Positions 27,841 through 37,188 of a DNA stretch of 56,460 nucleotides are shown here, piece after piece. Under the pieces are notes generated by a model. That model saw only the letters and a program-made list of their open reading frames with translations. It was not told the DNA's origin and did not search any database. Position 1 is the stretch's first letter. The number at the start of each line of letters is the position of its first letter. This DNA is from Armatimonadia bacterium (lineage in GTDB: Bacteria; Armatimonadota; Zipacnadia; Zipacnadales; UBA11051): positions 1 through 56,460 of the forward strand of contig JBDKRC010000331.1 in the NCBI GenBank assembly GCA_039683575.1, read 5' to 3'. The position numbers and the translations under genes were made by a program.

Positions 27841-28071
27841 ATGTCCGACCTCACGCGCCTGACGCAGGAGAACTCGGACCGGATACTCGACATTGTGGGC
27901 GAGTTGGAGCTATGCTCCGCCGAGCAGGTGCAAGAAGAACTGGTGCGCCGGCACGGGCTGGAGGCGCCGGTGGAGCAGGTTGAGCGCTACATGGAGTTCC
28001 TGCGCTCCGGGTTCCCCAGGAAGCTGGCCCACGCCGGACCAGGTCGCTGGATCATGGTTGATCTGGGATAA
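27841..28071 (+). CDS. Small hypothetical protein, possible winged helix
   Basis: 76-aa ORF 3 nt after the aminotransferase; helical core followed by a short GRW beta wing. Confidence 0.55.
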   Translation: MSDLTRLTQENSDRILDIVGELELCSAEQVQEELVRRHGLEAPVEQVERYMEFLRSGFPRKLAHAGPGRWIMVDLG

Positions 28072-28118
28072 TGCTGGACGAGGGGCGGCAGGTGGGCGTG
28101 TACCACTGATTGTTGAGT

Positions 28119-28622
28119 ATGCAGCAACTGACCTGTTACCTGAGCCTCGGGGCTAATCTCGGCGACCGCGCAGAGCAGCTTGCCGAGGCGCTCAAGGCAC
28201 TCAAGGCCCATCCACGCCTTGCCCTGGCTGCCGTCTCGGACGTCTACGAGACGGCAGCAGTGGCAGATGAGCCGCAGCCGGACTACCTGAACCTCGTCGT
28301 GGCCCTGCAGACCGACCTCACGCCCCTGCAGCTTCTTCACGTGTGTCAGGAGATCGAACAGCGGTTGGGACGCACCCGCCCCTACCACCATGCCCCCCGA
28401 ACAATTGACATAGACCTGCTTGCGTGCGGTGATATAATAGCACATACACCCGAACTAACGCTGCCGCATCCCCGGATGCTGGAGCGGCAGTTTGTGCTGG
28501 TTCCACTCGCGGACGTTGCTCCGGAATTGAGCGTAGCTGGCAGCAAACCAGTGGGAAAGCTGGCGAACCGGGCTGATCCGGAGGTCCGGCGGGTGGGACG
28601 GCTGGACAGTATCCAGCTGTAG
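28119..28622 (+). CDS. folK: 2-amino-4-hydroxy-6-hydroxymethyldihydropteridine diphosphokinase
   Basis: YLSLGANLGDR, YET, DYLN, PRTIDIDLL, LTLPHPRMLERQFVLVPL. Confidence 0.95.
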   Translation: MQQLTCYLSLGANLGDRAEQLAEALKALKAHPRLALAAVSDVYETAAVADEPQPDYLNLVVALQTDLTPLQLLHVCQEIEQRLGRTRPYHHAPRTIDIDLLACGDIIAHTPELTLPHPRMLERQFVLVPLADVAPELSVAGSKPVGKLANRADPEVRRVGRLDSIQL

Positions 28623-28695
28623 GGCGGGGGCTTGTACCCCGCTGGACGTTATCTACGACTACCCGAGCGGCGGGGTACAAGCCCCCGCCCTATAG
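28617..28695. repeat. GTAG-type REP doublet (family A); its TAG is the folK stop codon
   Basis: ctgtagggcgggggcttgtaccccgc ... gcggggtacaagcccccgccctatag. Confidence 0.85.
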
Positions 28696-28715
28696 TAGCA
28701 GCGGAGGCGCTTTCA

Positions 28716-29717
28716 TTGCTCTGGGCTTTGCGACTTTCCGAGCGCGCGCGCCTGTTTCGAGAGCTCGCGACGCTGGTCAATTCCGGCATGTCTCTCGGCA
28801 TGGCGCTCTCCGCGCTGGAGGACAGGCCACAGAGCGCCGAATTGCGCGCGATTGTGCAGGATGCGGCCCAGAAAGTCTCGCGCGGCAAGCGCTTTTCGGA
28901 GATAATGAAGGCGTACCCTCGCGTGTTCAGCGAGCTCAATGTGGCGCTGATCGCAGCCGGTGAAGAGGGCGGTCACCTCGACACGATGCTCAAGACGTGC
29001 GCCGAGTACCTTGAGCGCGATCTGGAGTTCCAGCAGAACATCGCGCGGGAGACGTTCTACCCGAAGATCCTGATCGGCGCGGTCTTTCTGATTCCTTTGG
29101 GCGCGAAGATGCTGATCGCGTTGCTCACCGGCAGTCCGGTGGCGGCGTTTGTGATCGGTCTTAAGTTCTTCGCGTCGGTCTTGGTCGTCGCAGCGGTCGC
29201 CTTCGGGCTCTACGTCGCCTTACGGCGCTACAATGAGACCGAAACGGGGCGCCGCAACATCGACCAGTTCAAGCTGCACACGCCGCTGATCGGTCCAGTG
29301 ATCATGAGGCTGGCGTGGGCGCGGCTGTCGAGGGCGCTGGCGGCGCTCTATGGAGCGGGGGTTTCCATTCGCAGCTCAGTGGAGATTGCGGCGCGCACGG
29401 CGGGCAACCGGATCATCTCTCGAGCAGTGATGGCCTCGGTGCCGGCGCTGGAGCGGGGGGAGAAGCTGAGCGACGCCCTCGCCAGAACGGGACAGATGCC
29501 GCCACTGGCGATGAGCATGCTGAGGACCGGGGAACTAACCGGCGGCATTGATGAGACCATGGTCAAGGTGGCGGACTATTTCGAGGCCGAGGCCTTCACT
29601 TCAGTCAAGAAAATGACCATCATGATCATGCCGATCTCGATCATTATCATCGGCATTGTTGTGCTATTCATGCTGCTGAACATGTACGGGGGGTACTTCA
29701 GCCAGTTTACGGAATAG
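28716..29717 (+). CDS. Type II secretion/type IV pilus inner-membrane platform protein (PilC/GspF family)
   Basis: FRELATLVNSG, AGEEGGHLD, TGELTGGID and two T2SSF domains; probable TTG start at 28716 after GGAGG. Confidence 0.88.
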   Translation: MLWALRLSERARLFRELATLVNSGMSLGMALSALEDRPQSAELRAIVQDAAQKVSRGKRFSEIMKAYPRVFSELNVALIAAGEEGGHLDTMLKTCAEYLERDLEFQQNIARETFYPKILIGAVFLIPLGAKMLIALLTGSPVAAFVIGLKFFASVLVVAAVAFGLYVALRRYNETETGRRNIDQFKLHTPLIGPVIMRLAWARLSRALAALYGAGVSIRSSVEIAARTAGNRIISRAVMASVPALERGEKLSDALARTGQMPPLAMSMLRTGELTGGIDETMVKVADYFEAEAFTSVKKMTIMIMPISIIIIGIVVLFMLLNMYGGYFSQFTE

Positions 29718-29792
29718 AGGCAACTGCAGTCAGCCTGGGAGCGTCTTTGCGGCCTCCGTTACAGCCATTGTGTCAAGGAAGTTCGGTATCTT

Positions 29793-30662
29793 ATGCGCAT
29801 CGAGAAACGTATTGGCGGAGTGCGCGCCTTCGTGCAGGCGGCCCGCCGGGAGAACCGGTCGGTGGGGTTGGTGCCGACCATGGGAGCTTTCCACGAGGGG
29901 CATCTCTCCCTCATCCGCAGGTCGGTCAACGATAACGACGTCACCATCGTCAGCATCTTTGTGAACCCGACGCAGTTCGGTCCCAATGAGGACTATCAGG
30001 CGTACCCACGGGATTTGGAGCGTGACGCAGTGCTCGCGGAGCGCCAGGGAGTGGCCGTCGTCTTTGCCCCTGATCCCCAGGAAATGTACCCCCCCGATTT
30101 CAGCACCTGGATCCAGGTGGCTCAGGTCAGCGAGGGACTGTGTGGCTCCCATCGCCCTGGCCACTTCCGGGGCGTCGCCACCGTCGTCTGCAAGCTCTTC
30201 AACATCGTACAGCCGGACCGCGCTTACTTTGGCGAGAAGGACTTCCAGCAGCTTCAGGTCATCCGGCGGATGGTCCGGGACCTCGACTTGCCGGTGGGCA
30301 TCGTTCCGGTGCCGACGACGCGTGAGGCTGATGGGTTGGCCATGAGTTCGCGCAACAAGTACCTGACCGCCGAGCAGCGCAAGGCAGCCCCCAAGCTACA
30401 CCAGGCGCTACAAGCAGGGGCAAAGCTGGTGGCTCAGGGGGCCACAGGGGGACAGGCAGTCGAGGCGGTCCAGGCCGAACTTGCGCGTGAGAAGCTGATC
30501 GCACCGCAGTACGTCGTGGCGGTGGACCCGGACAACCTGACTGACAAGTCCGACCAGGGCAGGCCGCTGGTGCTGGCGGCAGCGGTGCTCGTGGGAAACA
30601 CGCGGCTGATAGATAATGTCAAAGTGAACGGGGATAGCGGCGGGGACACTCGGAACGTTTGA
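29793..30662 (+). CDS. panC: Pantoate--beta-alanine ligase
   Basis: VPTMGAFHEGH, SIFVNPTQF, RPGHFRGV, FGEKDFQQ, GLAMSSRN, RLIDN. Confidence 0.97.
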   Translation: MRIEKRIGGVRAFVQAARRENRSVGLVPTMGAFHEGHLSLIRRSVNDNDVTIVSIFVNPTQFGPNEDYQAYPRDLERDAVLAERQGVAVVFAPDPQEMYPPDFSTWIQVAQVSEGLCGSHRPGHFRGVATVVCKLFNIVQPDRAYFGEKDFQQLQVIRRMVRDLDLPVGIVPVPTTREADGLAMSSRNKYLTAEQRKAAPKLHQALQAGAKLVAQGATGGQAVEAVQAELAREKLIAPQYVVAVDPDNLTDKSDQGRPLVLAAAVLVGNTRLIDNVKVNGDSGGDTRNV

Positions 30663-30665
30663 GGC

Positions 30666-31028
30666 ATGACTATGTTGCGGCATATGGCAAAAAGTAAACT
30701 ACACGGTGCGACCGTTACGCAGACGGAATTGCACTACGAAGGTAGCATCACCATAGATGCCGACCTGATGGACGTTGCCGATCTGGTACCCTTCGAGCGC
30801 GTGCAGGTCGTCAACATGTCCAACGGCAGCCGGCTCGAGACCTATGTCATCGAGGGCGAGCGGGGTTGTGGCACGATCTGCCTCAATGGCCCGGCGGCAA
30901 GGTATGCCGTGGTGGGCGACAAGGTGCACGTGATCTCGTATGCCTTCTATGACGACGCAGAGGCGCGGAAGCTGGATATGAAGAGCATCAAGCTGACCGC
31001 CGAGAATCGCGTAGCTGGGATCGACTGA
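30666..31028 (+). CDS. panD: Aspartate 1-decarboxylase
   Basis: KSKLHGATVT, YEG-SITID self-cleavage site, RLETY, CLNGPAA; true start may be the ATG at 30672. Confidence 0.96.
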   Translation: MTMLRHMAKSKLHGATVTQTELHYEGSITIDADLMDVADLVPFERVQVVNMSNGSRLETYVIEGERGCGTICLNGPAARYAVVGDKVHVISYAFYDDAEARKLDMKSIKLTAENRVAGID

Positions 31029-31030
31029 TC

Positions 31031-31867
31031 ATGGTAAGCCCTGATGTGCGGGAAGTCGTGGCACGGGCCCTGGCCGAAGATATCGGCCATGGCGACCTGA
31101 CCACGCGGCTGGTCATCCCGGCAGAGGCTCAGGGACTGGGCGTCTTTCTCGCCAAGCAGTCCGGAGTGCTGTCGGGCCTGTACGTGGCCGAGGAATGCTT
31201 CCGGCAGGTGGACGAGCGGGTGCAGTTCGCGCCGCTGGTCACCGAGGGTCAGCAATTCGCGGCAGGAGATCATCTGGCCACAGTGGAGGGCCCGGCAGCC
31301 TCGCTCCTGACGGCTGAGCGGGTGGCCCTCAATTTCCTCCAGCGGCTCTGCGGCACGGCAACCCTCACGCGGGAATTTGTCAACAGGATATCCGGCACCA
31401 GGGCACGAATAGTGGATACGAGGAAGACGACGCCGGGGATGCGCGCGCTGGAGAAAGCGGCCGTCCGGGCGGGCGGAGGAAGCAACCATCGCTTCGCGCT
31501 CTATGATGGCATACTGCTGAAAGACAACCACATTGCGATTGCAGGCGGCGTCGCTCAGGCGGTGGAGGCAGCTTTGGCAGGGGCGCCGCACACGGTGAAA
31601 GTCGAGGTCGAGGTTACCAGCTTGCAGCAACTGTCCGAGGCGATGGCAGCCGGGGCAGACATTGCGCTGCTGGACAACATGACGATCAATGACATGGAAC
31701 AGGCGGTGGCGCTGGGGGCCGGGCGGATCGTGTTGGAGGCATCCGGAGGGGTGAATCTCGACACTGTGGCAGCCATCGCAGAGACGGGCGTGGACCTCAT
31801 ATCCGTGGGGGCGCTGACGCATTCGGCGGCGGCGGTGGACATCAGCCTGGAATTGTCTTCGGTATAG
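31031..31867 (+). CDS. nadC: Nicotinate-nucleotide diphosphorylase (carboxylating)
   Basis: ALAEDIGHGDLTT, ERVALN, DTRKTTPG, NHRF, KDNH, LLDNM, EASGG, SVGALTH. Confidence 0.97.
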   Translation: MVSPDVREVVARALAEDIGHGDLTTRLVIPAEAQGLGVFLAKQSGVLSGLYVAEECFRQVDERVQFAPLVTEGQQFAAGDHLATVEGPAASLLTAERVALNFLQRLCGTATLTREFVNRISGTRARIVDTRKTTPGMRALEKAAVRAGGGSNHRFALYDGILLKDNHIAIAGGVAQAVEAALAGAPHTVKVEVEVTSLQQLSEAMAAGADIALLDNMTINDMEQAVALGAGRIVLEASGGVNLDTVAAIAETGVDLISVGALTHSAAAVDISLELSSV

Positions 31868-31934
31868 GGCACGGGCCCGCTCAGAGTCGGAGCCACCAGT
31901 CCCGGGGAGAGCCTTGAGGCAGAGGCAGAGCCAC

Positions 31935-33122
31935 ATGAAGACTTACGTGATCCCACTGCTCGTCCTCATCCTGGCCGCGACGGCACTCGCAGCTGCGCCA
32001 GGGGTCCCTGTCAACCTCGCCCTGGATCGGCCCTTCATATCCAGCTGCAGTACCCTACCCGGCTGGCACGGTCTCGTCGACGGGGAGAAGGAATCGGATA
32101 CTGCGCCGGGATGCTATGCCACGACCAATGATCCCTCCTTCCCCAAGTACGTAGTGATCGACCTTGGCGGCGACTGCAGTATCTCCAAGGTCGTCGTGTA
32201 CAACAGCGGCAATGGCAACACCCGCACCGTCTCCATCTCATCCTCAGTTGACGCCACCAACTACAAGAAGCTCCGCGATCCTGATTTCATCTTTGCCGAC
32301 CGCGATGCCAATACGCTCTCAGTAGGCTTTCAACCGCGGACGGCGCACTATGTGCGGATCACGATGCCGGACACATGGAAGAGCGGCCTGGGGGGCGACA
32401 ACTGCATGTTCCTGCGCGAGGTGGAAGTCTTCGGCGTGCGGCAGGGCCCCGGCGATGAAGAGCCATTTGCGTTTGCGGCGGGGCAGCCAGCGGCCGTCAA
32501 GCCGAGAGTCGTCGATGTTTTCAAGCGCTATTGCCTGCAGACCCCTGGAGAACTCAAAGTAACGGTCGTGGGCGATTACTTCGTCAGCGAAGCCGATCAG
32601 GACAGCCACTGGGCGCGGATCTTGGCCACCGAGTTGGCAAAGCTCTACCCGAACAAGCGCGTCACCCTTACGGCGGTGGGAGGAACTGAGGGCTCAATCG
32701 CATACGCTATGGAGTGGGCCCGGGACAGCCGTTGGGCACTGGCGCCCGATGTGGTGGTCGTGGCCTACGGCGCCCAGGCGGCAAGTGTGAACGCCGACTT
32801 GGGAGAGTTCCGCAGCAAGTACCAGGGCCTGATCACGGAGCTTGTCGAGAACACCGACGCGCTGGTGATCGCGCTGACGCCGCTGCCCTTCATGCAAAAC
32901 AGCTCCCTGCCGCTCTCTGAGCGGACAAAGGGCCGCAGTACGCGCGGGTATGCGTGGGCGGTGGAGCAAGTGGCCCAGACGGCGGGCCTGCCGATAGTGC
33001 GGACGGCGAGTGTGCTGGCGAAAGCGCCGGGCGGCAAGGCCGACCTCTACCAGGACAATATGCACCTTAGCCAGGAGGGGCAATTGACCCTCGGACTGGC
33101 CCTCGCCGACCTGTTGCGCTAG
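31935..33122 (+). CDS. Exported discoidin (F5/8 type C) + SGNH-fold protein
   Basis: Signal peptide; VNLAL, VIDLG, YVRI..LREVEVFG; SGNH-like VVGD and DNMH; the catalytic Ser motif reads GDY. Confidence 0.75.
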   Translation: MKTYVIPLLVLILAATALAAAPGVPVNLALDRPFISSCSTLPGWHGLVDGEKESDTAPGCYATTNDPSFPKYVVIDLGGDCSISKVVVYNSGNGNTRTVSISSSVDATNYKKLRDPDFIFADRDANTLSVGFQPRTAHYVRITMPDTWKSGLGGDNCMFLREVEVFGVRQGPGDEEPFAFAAGQPAAVKPRVVDVFKRYCLQTPGELKVTVVGDYFVSEADQDSHWARILATELAKLYPNKRVTLTAVGGTEGSIAYAMEWARDSRWALAPDVVVVAYGAQAASVNADLGEFRSKYQGLITELVENTDALVIALTPLPFMQNSSLPLSERTKGRSTRGYAWAVEQVAQTAGLPIVRTASVLAKAPGGKADLYQDNMHLSQEGQLTLGLALADLLR

Positions 33123-33206
33123 ATGACGGAGTCGTGGTATTGTTGGAGTATCGGCATCACAGCCCTGTGATGCCTTCGCATCACTTACGAAGTGAGATGA
33201 ACTAAG

Positions 33207-33533
33207 ATGCGAACGATCGGCGGAGTTCTGCTCGGGATCTTCCTGTTCTTCCCCGGTATCGTCCTGCTGCAATGGCTTGCGGTCAACGTGTTGGGCGTCT
33301 ACGACTCCATCACGCTGACTGACGGGTGCCTGGTGATGATCATCATCCTGCTCTGCGTGCACCTGGTGCGCGGGCGCCCGGCGCCTGCCGCCGCCCGGCA
33401 ACGCAAGACCAGCCAGGTGCGGGACTACATCGGCGACCCGCAGCCCGAGTACCTGCCAGGCAATGACCCCAAATCCCGCCGCAGCCGCACCGGTAGACCC
33501 GCGAGAACCAACAGCAGGCGCCCGCGACAGTAG
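33207..33533 (+). CDS. Small membrane protein with two transmembrane segments and a basic tail
   Basis: Two hydrophobic stretches; followed by a terminator. Confidence 0.6.
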   Translation: MRTIGGVLLGIFLFFPGIVLLQWLAVNVLGVYDSITLTDGCLVMIIILLCVHLVRGRPAPAAARQRKTSQVRDYIGDPQPEYLPGNDPKSRRSRTGRPARTNSRRPRQ

Positions 33534-33558
33534 CAGTAAGACGATCACCGCAAATGAC

Positions 33559-33593
33559 AACCGCCGCCGCCCACTCAGGGCGACGGCGGTTTT
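33559..33593 (+). terminator. Rho-independent terminator
   Basis: AACCGCCG.CGCCC..GGGCG.CGGCGGTT followed by T run. Confidence 0.7.
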
Positions 33594-33641
33594 GTTTCGT
33601 GAGCAGAGGGCTCGCCGTGAGCAGCAGAATGTGCTTGAGGC

Positions 33642-36098
33642 TCAGTTAGCTCCTCCGAGACGCCACGTGTACCGCCGACCATTGGTGCGCGGGTCGCTGT
33701 TATCGGAGGCGGAGAAGTACAGGGCCGTGCTCCAGTGTGAGTACCGGCCCTGCCCCTTCTCCCGGATGTCCACGTGGGGGGCATGCGCCGGGCCGATCTC
33801 CTTGCCGTCCTCGAACAGGCGGAGGGTGGACGCCGGGGAGTCCTTGATCCCATCACCAGGGAACAGTGGCCCAAGCTGATACGTGTAGCAGAAGCCCAAT
33901 TCCGGGTTTACCTGCGTCGGCGGGATCGTCCCGCTCTGAGCGGTGAGATAGCGGTAGCCCTTCTCATCGCCGATGGCGTATCCGGCAGCAGGCGCGAAGG
34001 GCTTGGTGGCGGCGATGAGTTCGAGATAGTCCAGGTTGAGGCCTCGCCCGTCCTTGTTGTGCAGCCGGAGGCGATGCGAGCCCTGACTGAGGGACAACGG
34101 CACAGGCTTGCCCTGCGCATCGGTGAGCGTAATCAGGCCCCAGTTGTCAGCCATCTCCGAGCCATAGCCACCGGTCGAGGGGAAGGCGAAGGTGCCAACA
34201 GGCTTGTCATCCACCGTCAGCGCCCGCGCGGCGTCGGCGGGCACGGCATAGCGCGCCAGCAAGTAGTACTTGTCGGCCGCCGGCACCTCGAATTGCCACT
34301 CCAGCCACAGGTCCAGCGGGTCCCAGTGCGATAGCGACATCCCGGACGCGGCGAGCTTGTCGGCGCGGCGATGGATTGTACCGCCGCCCTCGGCCGCAAA
34401 GGCCTCCGCCTCTATTCGCAACACCTGTCCCCACTGCTTCAGGCCGAAGTCGGCAGGCGCTGGCGGGAGCTGCAGCGTGCGGCTGACGGTGTGCGTGTGT
34501 CCCTTCGTGTCCCTGACCGTCAAGGTCACCGGCAGCCTGCCGCCGCCCTGTACAGTCTTCTCAGCCTTCGCCCCCGTCGCTTTCTCCTTGCCGATCTGCC
34601 ATGTCCAAGACGCGATTTTGCCCTCCGCGCAGCGCGAGGGGCTGCCATCCAGCGCCACCTTCGAGCCCGTAGCCGTCCGCGTCACGGTAGCCTCAAAGTC
34701 AGCCAGAACCGGGTTCAGCAGGCTGATGCGCGCATACGAGATGCCGGGCACAGCCGGCGCCTGCCCATAGATATCAAGCGTCGCAGACGGGGCAGAGCCT
34801 CCGCGTTCGGTGGCGGTCATGAAGGCGGTGAAGGGGTGCTCCAGGGCCACGCGGACTGGCTCGCTGTGACTGCCGTCGCGATAGACTTCCATAAGACGGT
34901 TCTCAGAGAAGGTCCTGCCGGAGGCATCGGAGCCGCTGGTGAAGTAGAAGACGAACAGGCGGCCGTCCGGCGTGGCTTGGAACCGGGCGTATCCCGGTAT
35001 CTCCTTGGACTCCTGCTTCTCGCCGCCGAAGGCCAACCGTGACTTGCACACAATCTTACCCTGATCCACGATCCCGTACATCAGCGCGTACGTGATGGGG
35101 ACCTCAGGGAAGAACTTGTCACGCACCAGCGGGTTCCAGACGCTCTGCTCAAGCCAAAGCAGGTGCGCGCGGCCCTGATCGTCGAGCCACATGTCGAGGT
35201 TCGTGATATGCCCGCAGGTCTTGTCGCAGTCAGCGACGAGAATCCACGGCTTCCACGCCTCTTTGGTGATGTCCGGCGTATAGCAGTAATAGAGCCGCCG
35301 GAAATCGTAGTCCCAGGTCTTCCCCTTGTTCAGAATGAGCTTGTACTCCCGCCATTCCCGCACAGGCTCGATGATGTCGCTCACGCCCATGGTATGCGCG
35401 GCGCGGTTCTTGAGGGCCATGTTGTGATAGCAGATGCGGATCGGCTCCGGCTTTTCAAACTCCGCGCCAAAGGGCACGCCGAGTTTGCCAAACTTGGACC
35501 ACTTGCCATCGCGGCCGAGGAAGCTCCAATGGATCGTGTCGTAGCCGATGTTATTGAAGTAGAGCGCCTCGTTGTTCACCCCATCAGCACAGAAGCCGCG
35601 GTAGGAGTGTTCGCTGAAGGGCGGAGTACCGTCCCACTGGGGCAAGGAGACTGTCGCCTTCTTCGACAGGTCCTTGGTGTCAAACACCAGCACTTGCGGC
35701 TGCGCTGAGCCATTGTAGGCGTCTGGCGGGGTCAGCGTCGGATTACTGGTGAGGAGCAACCGCCCATTGGAGAGAATGCCGAGCGGGCAAGGCTCGCGCT
35801 GGCGGCCCGTGGGGTCCGACTGCATGAGTTGCCAGCCCTTGGGCTTTCGCTGGTACAGCATCCATCGGACATTGTTCAGGGGCTTCTGGTTGGGGATCGT
35901 CTCGATACCGCTGGCGAAGACCTCATCGCCCAGGCGCGCCAGGCAGGTAGAGCCATAGCACCAGAGTGGGCCGGCGCCGTTGTCGGCAGGCTGATAGGTG
36001 TACAGCGGCTCTTCAACCTCGACGGCGGGCAGCAGCGGCGGGGCGGCATGGGCGGTCATGGCGATAAACCCTCCGAGGAGCAGCAATAGTCCACGCAT
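33642..36098 (-). CDS. Exported multidomain protein: BNR-like propeller, PKD domain, CBM6/35-like domain, C-terminal SDNSDPRTNGRRY domain
   Basis: GGAGG RBS, start MRGLL at 36098; LDGSPS..W.W..VTLTVRD (PKD); IEAEAF..NLDYLEL (CBM-like). Confidence 0.7.
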   Translation of the reverse strand: MRGLLLLLGGFIAMTAHAAPPLLPAVEVEEPLYTYQPADNGAGPLWCYGSTCLARLGDEVFASGIETIPNQKPLNNVRWMLYQRKPKGWQLMQSDPTGRQREPCPLGILSNGRLLLTSNPTLTPPDAYNGSAQPQVLVFDTKDLSKKATVSLPQWDGTPPFSEHSYRGFCADGVNNEALYFNNIGYDTIHWSFLGRDGKWSKFGKLGVPFGAEFEKPEPIRICYHNMALKNRAAHTMGVSDIIEPVREWREYKLILNKGKTWDYDFRRLYYCYTPDITKEAWKPWILVADCDKTCGHITNLDMWLDDQGRAHLLWLEQSVWNPLVRDKFFPEVPITYALMYGIVDQGKIVCKSRLAFGGEKQESKEIPGYARFQATPDGRLFVFYFTSGSDASGRTFSENRLMEVYRDGSHSEPVRVALEHPFTAFMTATERGGSAPSATLDIYGQAPAVPGISYARISLLNPVLADFEATVTRTATGSKVALDGSPSRCAEGKIASWTWQIGKEKATGAKAEKTVQGGGRLPVTLTVRDTKGHTHTVSRTLQLPPAPADFGLKQWGQVLRIEAEAFAAEGGGTIHRRADKLAASGMSLSHWDPLDLWLEWQFEVPAADKYYLLARYAVPADAARALTVDDKPVGTFAFPSTGGYGSEMADNWGLITLTDAQGKPVPLSLSQGSHRLRLHNKDGRGLNLDYLELIAATKPFAPAAGYAIGDEKGYRYLTAQSGTIPPTQVNPELGFCYTYQLGPLFPGDGIKDSPASTLRLFEDGKEIGPAHAPHVDIREKGQGRYSHWSTALYFSASDNSDPRTNGRRYTWRLGGAN

Positions 36099-36205
36099 TG
36101 GCTTCCTCCGTTGCAGAGGCCCTGGCACTCCTGAGTGCTCAGGCGACAATGGCCCGGCTTTCGCCGAGCCATCGTCGTGTCCCTCCATCCCTGACGCGGG
36201 AATCT

Positions 36206-37126
36206 CTAGCTCATTTCGATCAGCACGTCATTGGCAACCGGGCCCCACATCGTGTAGTCCGTGTTGGTGGTCTGTAGAATGGAGCCGGGGACGTACTTGT
36301 TCGGGTACACATGGGCCGCGAGGCGGGCGATGAAGCGCTGCCAGCTCATGTTGGTGCCGACGCCGCACATGCCGTCCAGCCAGAAGCTGCGGTGCCGCGC
36401 GCCCATGATGTCAGCCGGGGCAATCGAGGCGGCCTTGGGCGGGACCCAGGACCAGTCGCCGCCGAAGCTGTGCAGCGCATTCTGCATGATCGTCATCGGG
36501 TTCAGCTCAACGATCTGCGCTTTGGCCTTCATATAGTCATCGAGAGTGTCATAGTTGTCGCCGAGGTGGGCTTCGAAGAACGCGATGTGTCCGCACCAGC
36601 CGATGCCACCGTAGCAGCAGTCAGCGCCACCGGCATCGGCGATCATGTCGGAGTAGCTGTTGATGTTCCCACTGTTCGGGAAGTGGATATTCTCGTCCTT
36701 CGGGCGCAGTTCCGGGTTCAGCCGCCCAAAGAAGTTGGCCATCATCGCGGTGGCAAAGGAGCCTTCCCAGTCCGCCGGCGCGGTGACGCCGTTCTCATCA
36801 GCATACTCGTCCATGTTAAAGGTCACGAGGTGCTTGCAGTCGATGTTGAGGCGGTTGATGATCCCGGCAGCGATAGCGTACTGCGGCACGGGGCCCACGG
36901 GCAGGATGAGCACACACTTGCGCCCCTCCTGCTGGGCGGTGACGATACGGCCGACGATATCGAGTGCGAACTCAGCATAGAAGATCTCGATGTTCTCGAT
37001 CAGGCGGATCTTGAAATCGGGGTTGGAATGCTTGGTGATGTCTTCCTTCTTGATAGCCCGAACGCGCGCGCACTCGGCGGCATCCTGGAAGGGGATGAAC
37101 TTTGAAAGAGCCGGTTGAAATGCCAT
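36206..37126 (-). CDS. Glucosamine-6-phosphate isomerase/deaminase (NagB) family protein
   Basis: ILPVGPVPQY, FNMDEY, GGIGWCGHIAF; GGGAGG RBS before MAFQ. Confidence 0.85.
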   Translation of the reverse strand: MAFQPALSKFIPFQDAAECARVRAIKKEDITKHSNPDFKIRLIENIEIFYAEFALDIVGRIVTAQQEGRKCVLILPVGPVPQYAIAAGIINRLNIDCKHLVTFNMDEYADENGVTAPADWEGSFATAMMANFFGRLNPELRPKDENIHFPNSGNINSYSDMIADAGGADCCYGGIGWCGHIAFFEAHLGDNYDTLDDYMKAKAQIVELNPMTIMQNALHSFGGDWSWVPPKAASIAPADIMGARHRSFWLDGMCGVGTNMSWQRFIARLAAHVYPNKYVPGSILQTTNTDYTMWGPVANDVLIEMS

Positions 37127-37188
37127 GATAGGCCTCCCTGCAGTAGTTGCATGGGGATAGTTCGACAGAGGGCACGCAGGCACCTCCC

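Noticed and set aside
30660-30668. panC stop TGA is in frame with panD (TGA GGC ATG), suggesting a readthrough fusion
   Set aside because: Both enzymes are complete, GAGG serves as the panD RBS, there is no redox context or GC hairpin, and in-frame spacing occurs one time in three
33150-33200. Two adjacent hairpins before the small membrane gene as a riboswitch
   Set aside because: No match to riboswitch consensus motifs I know; may be a terminator or repeat remnant
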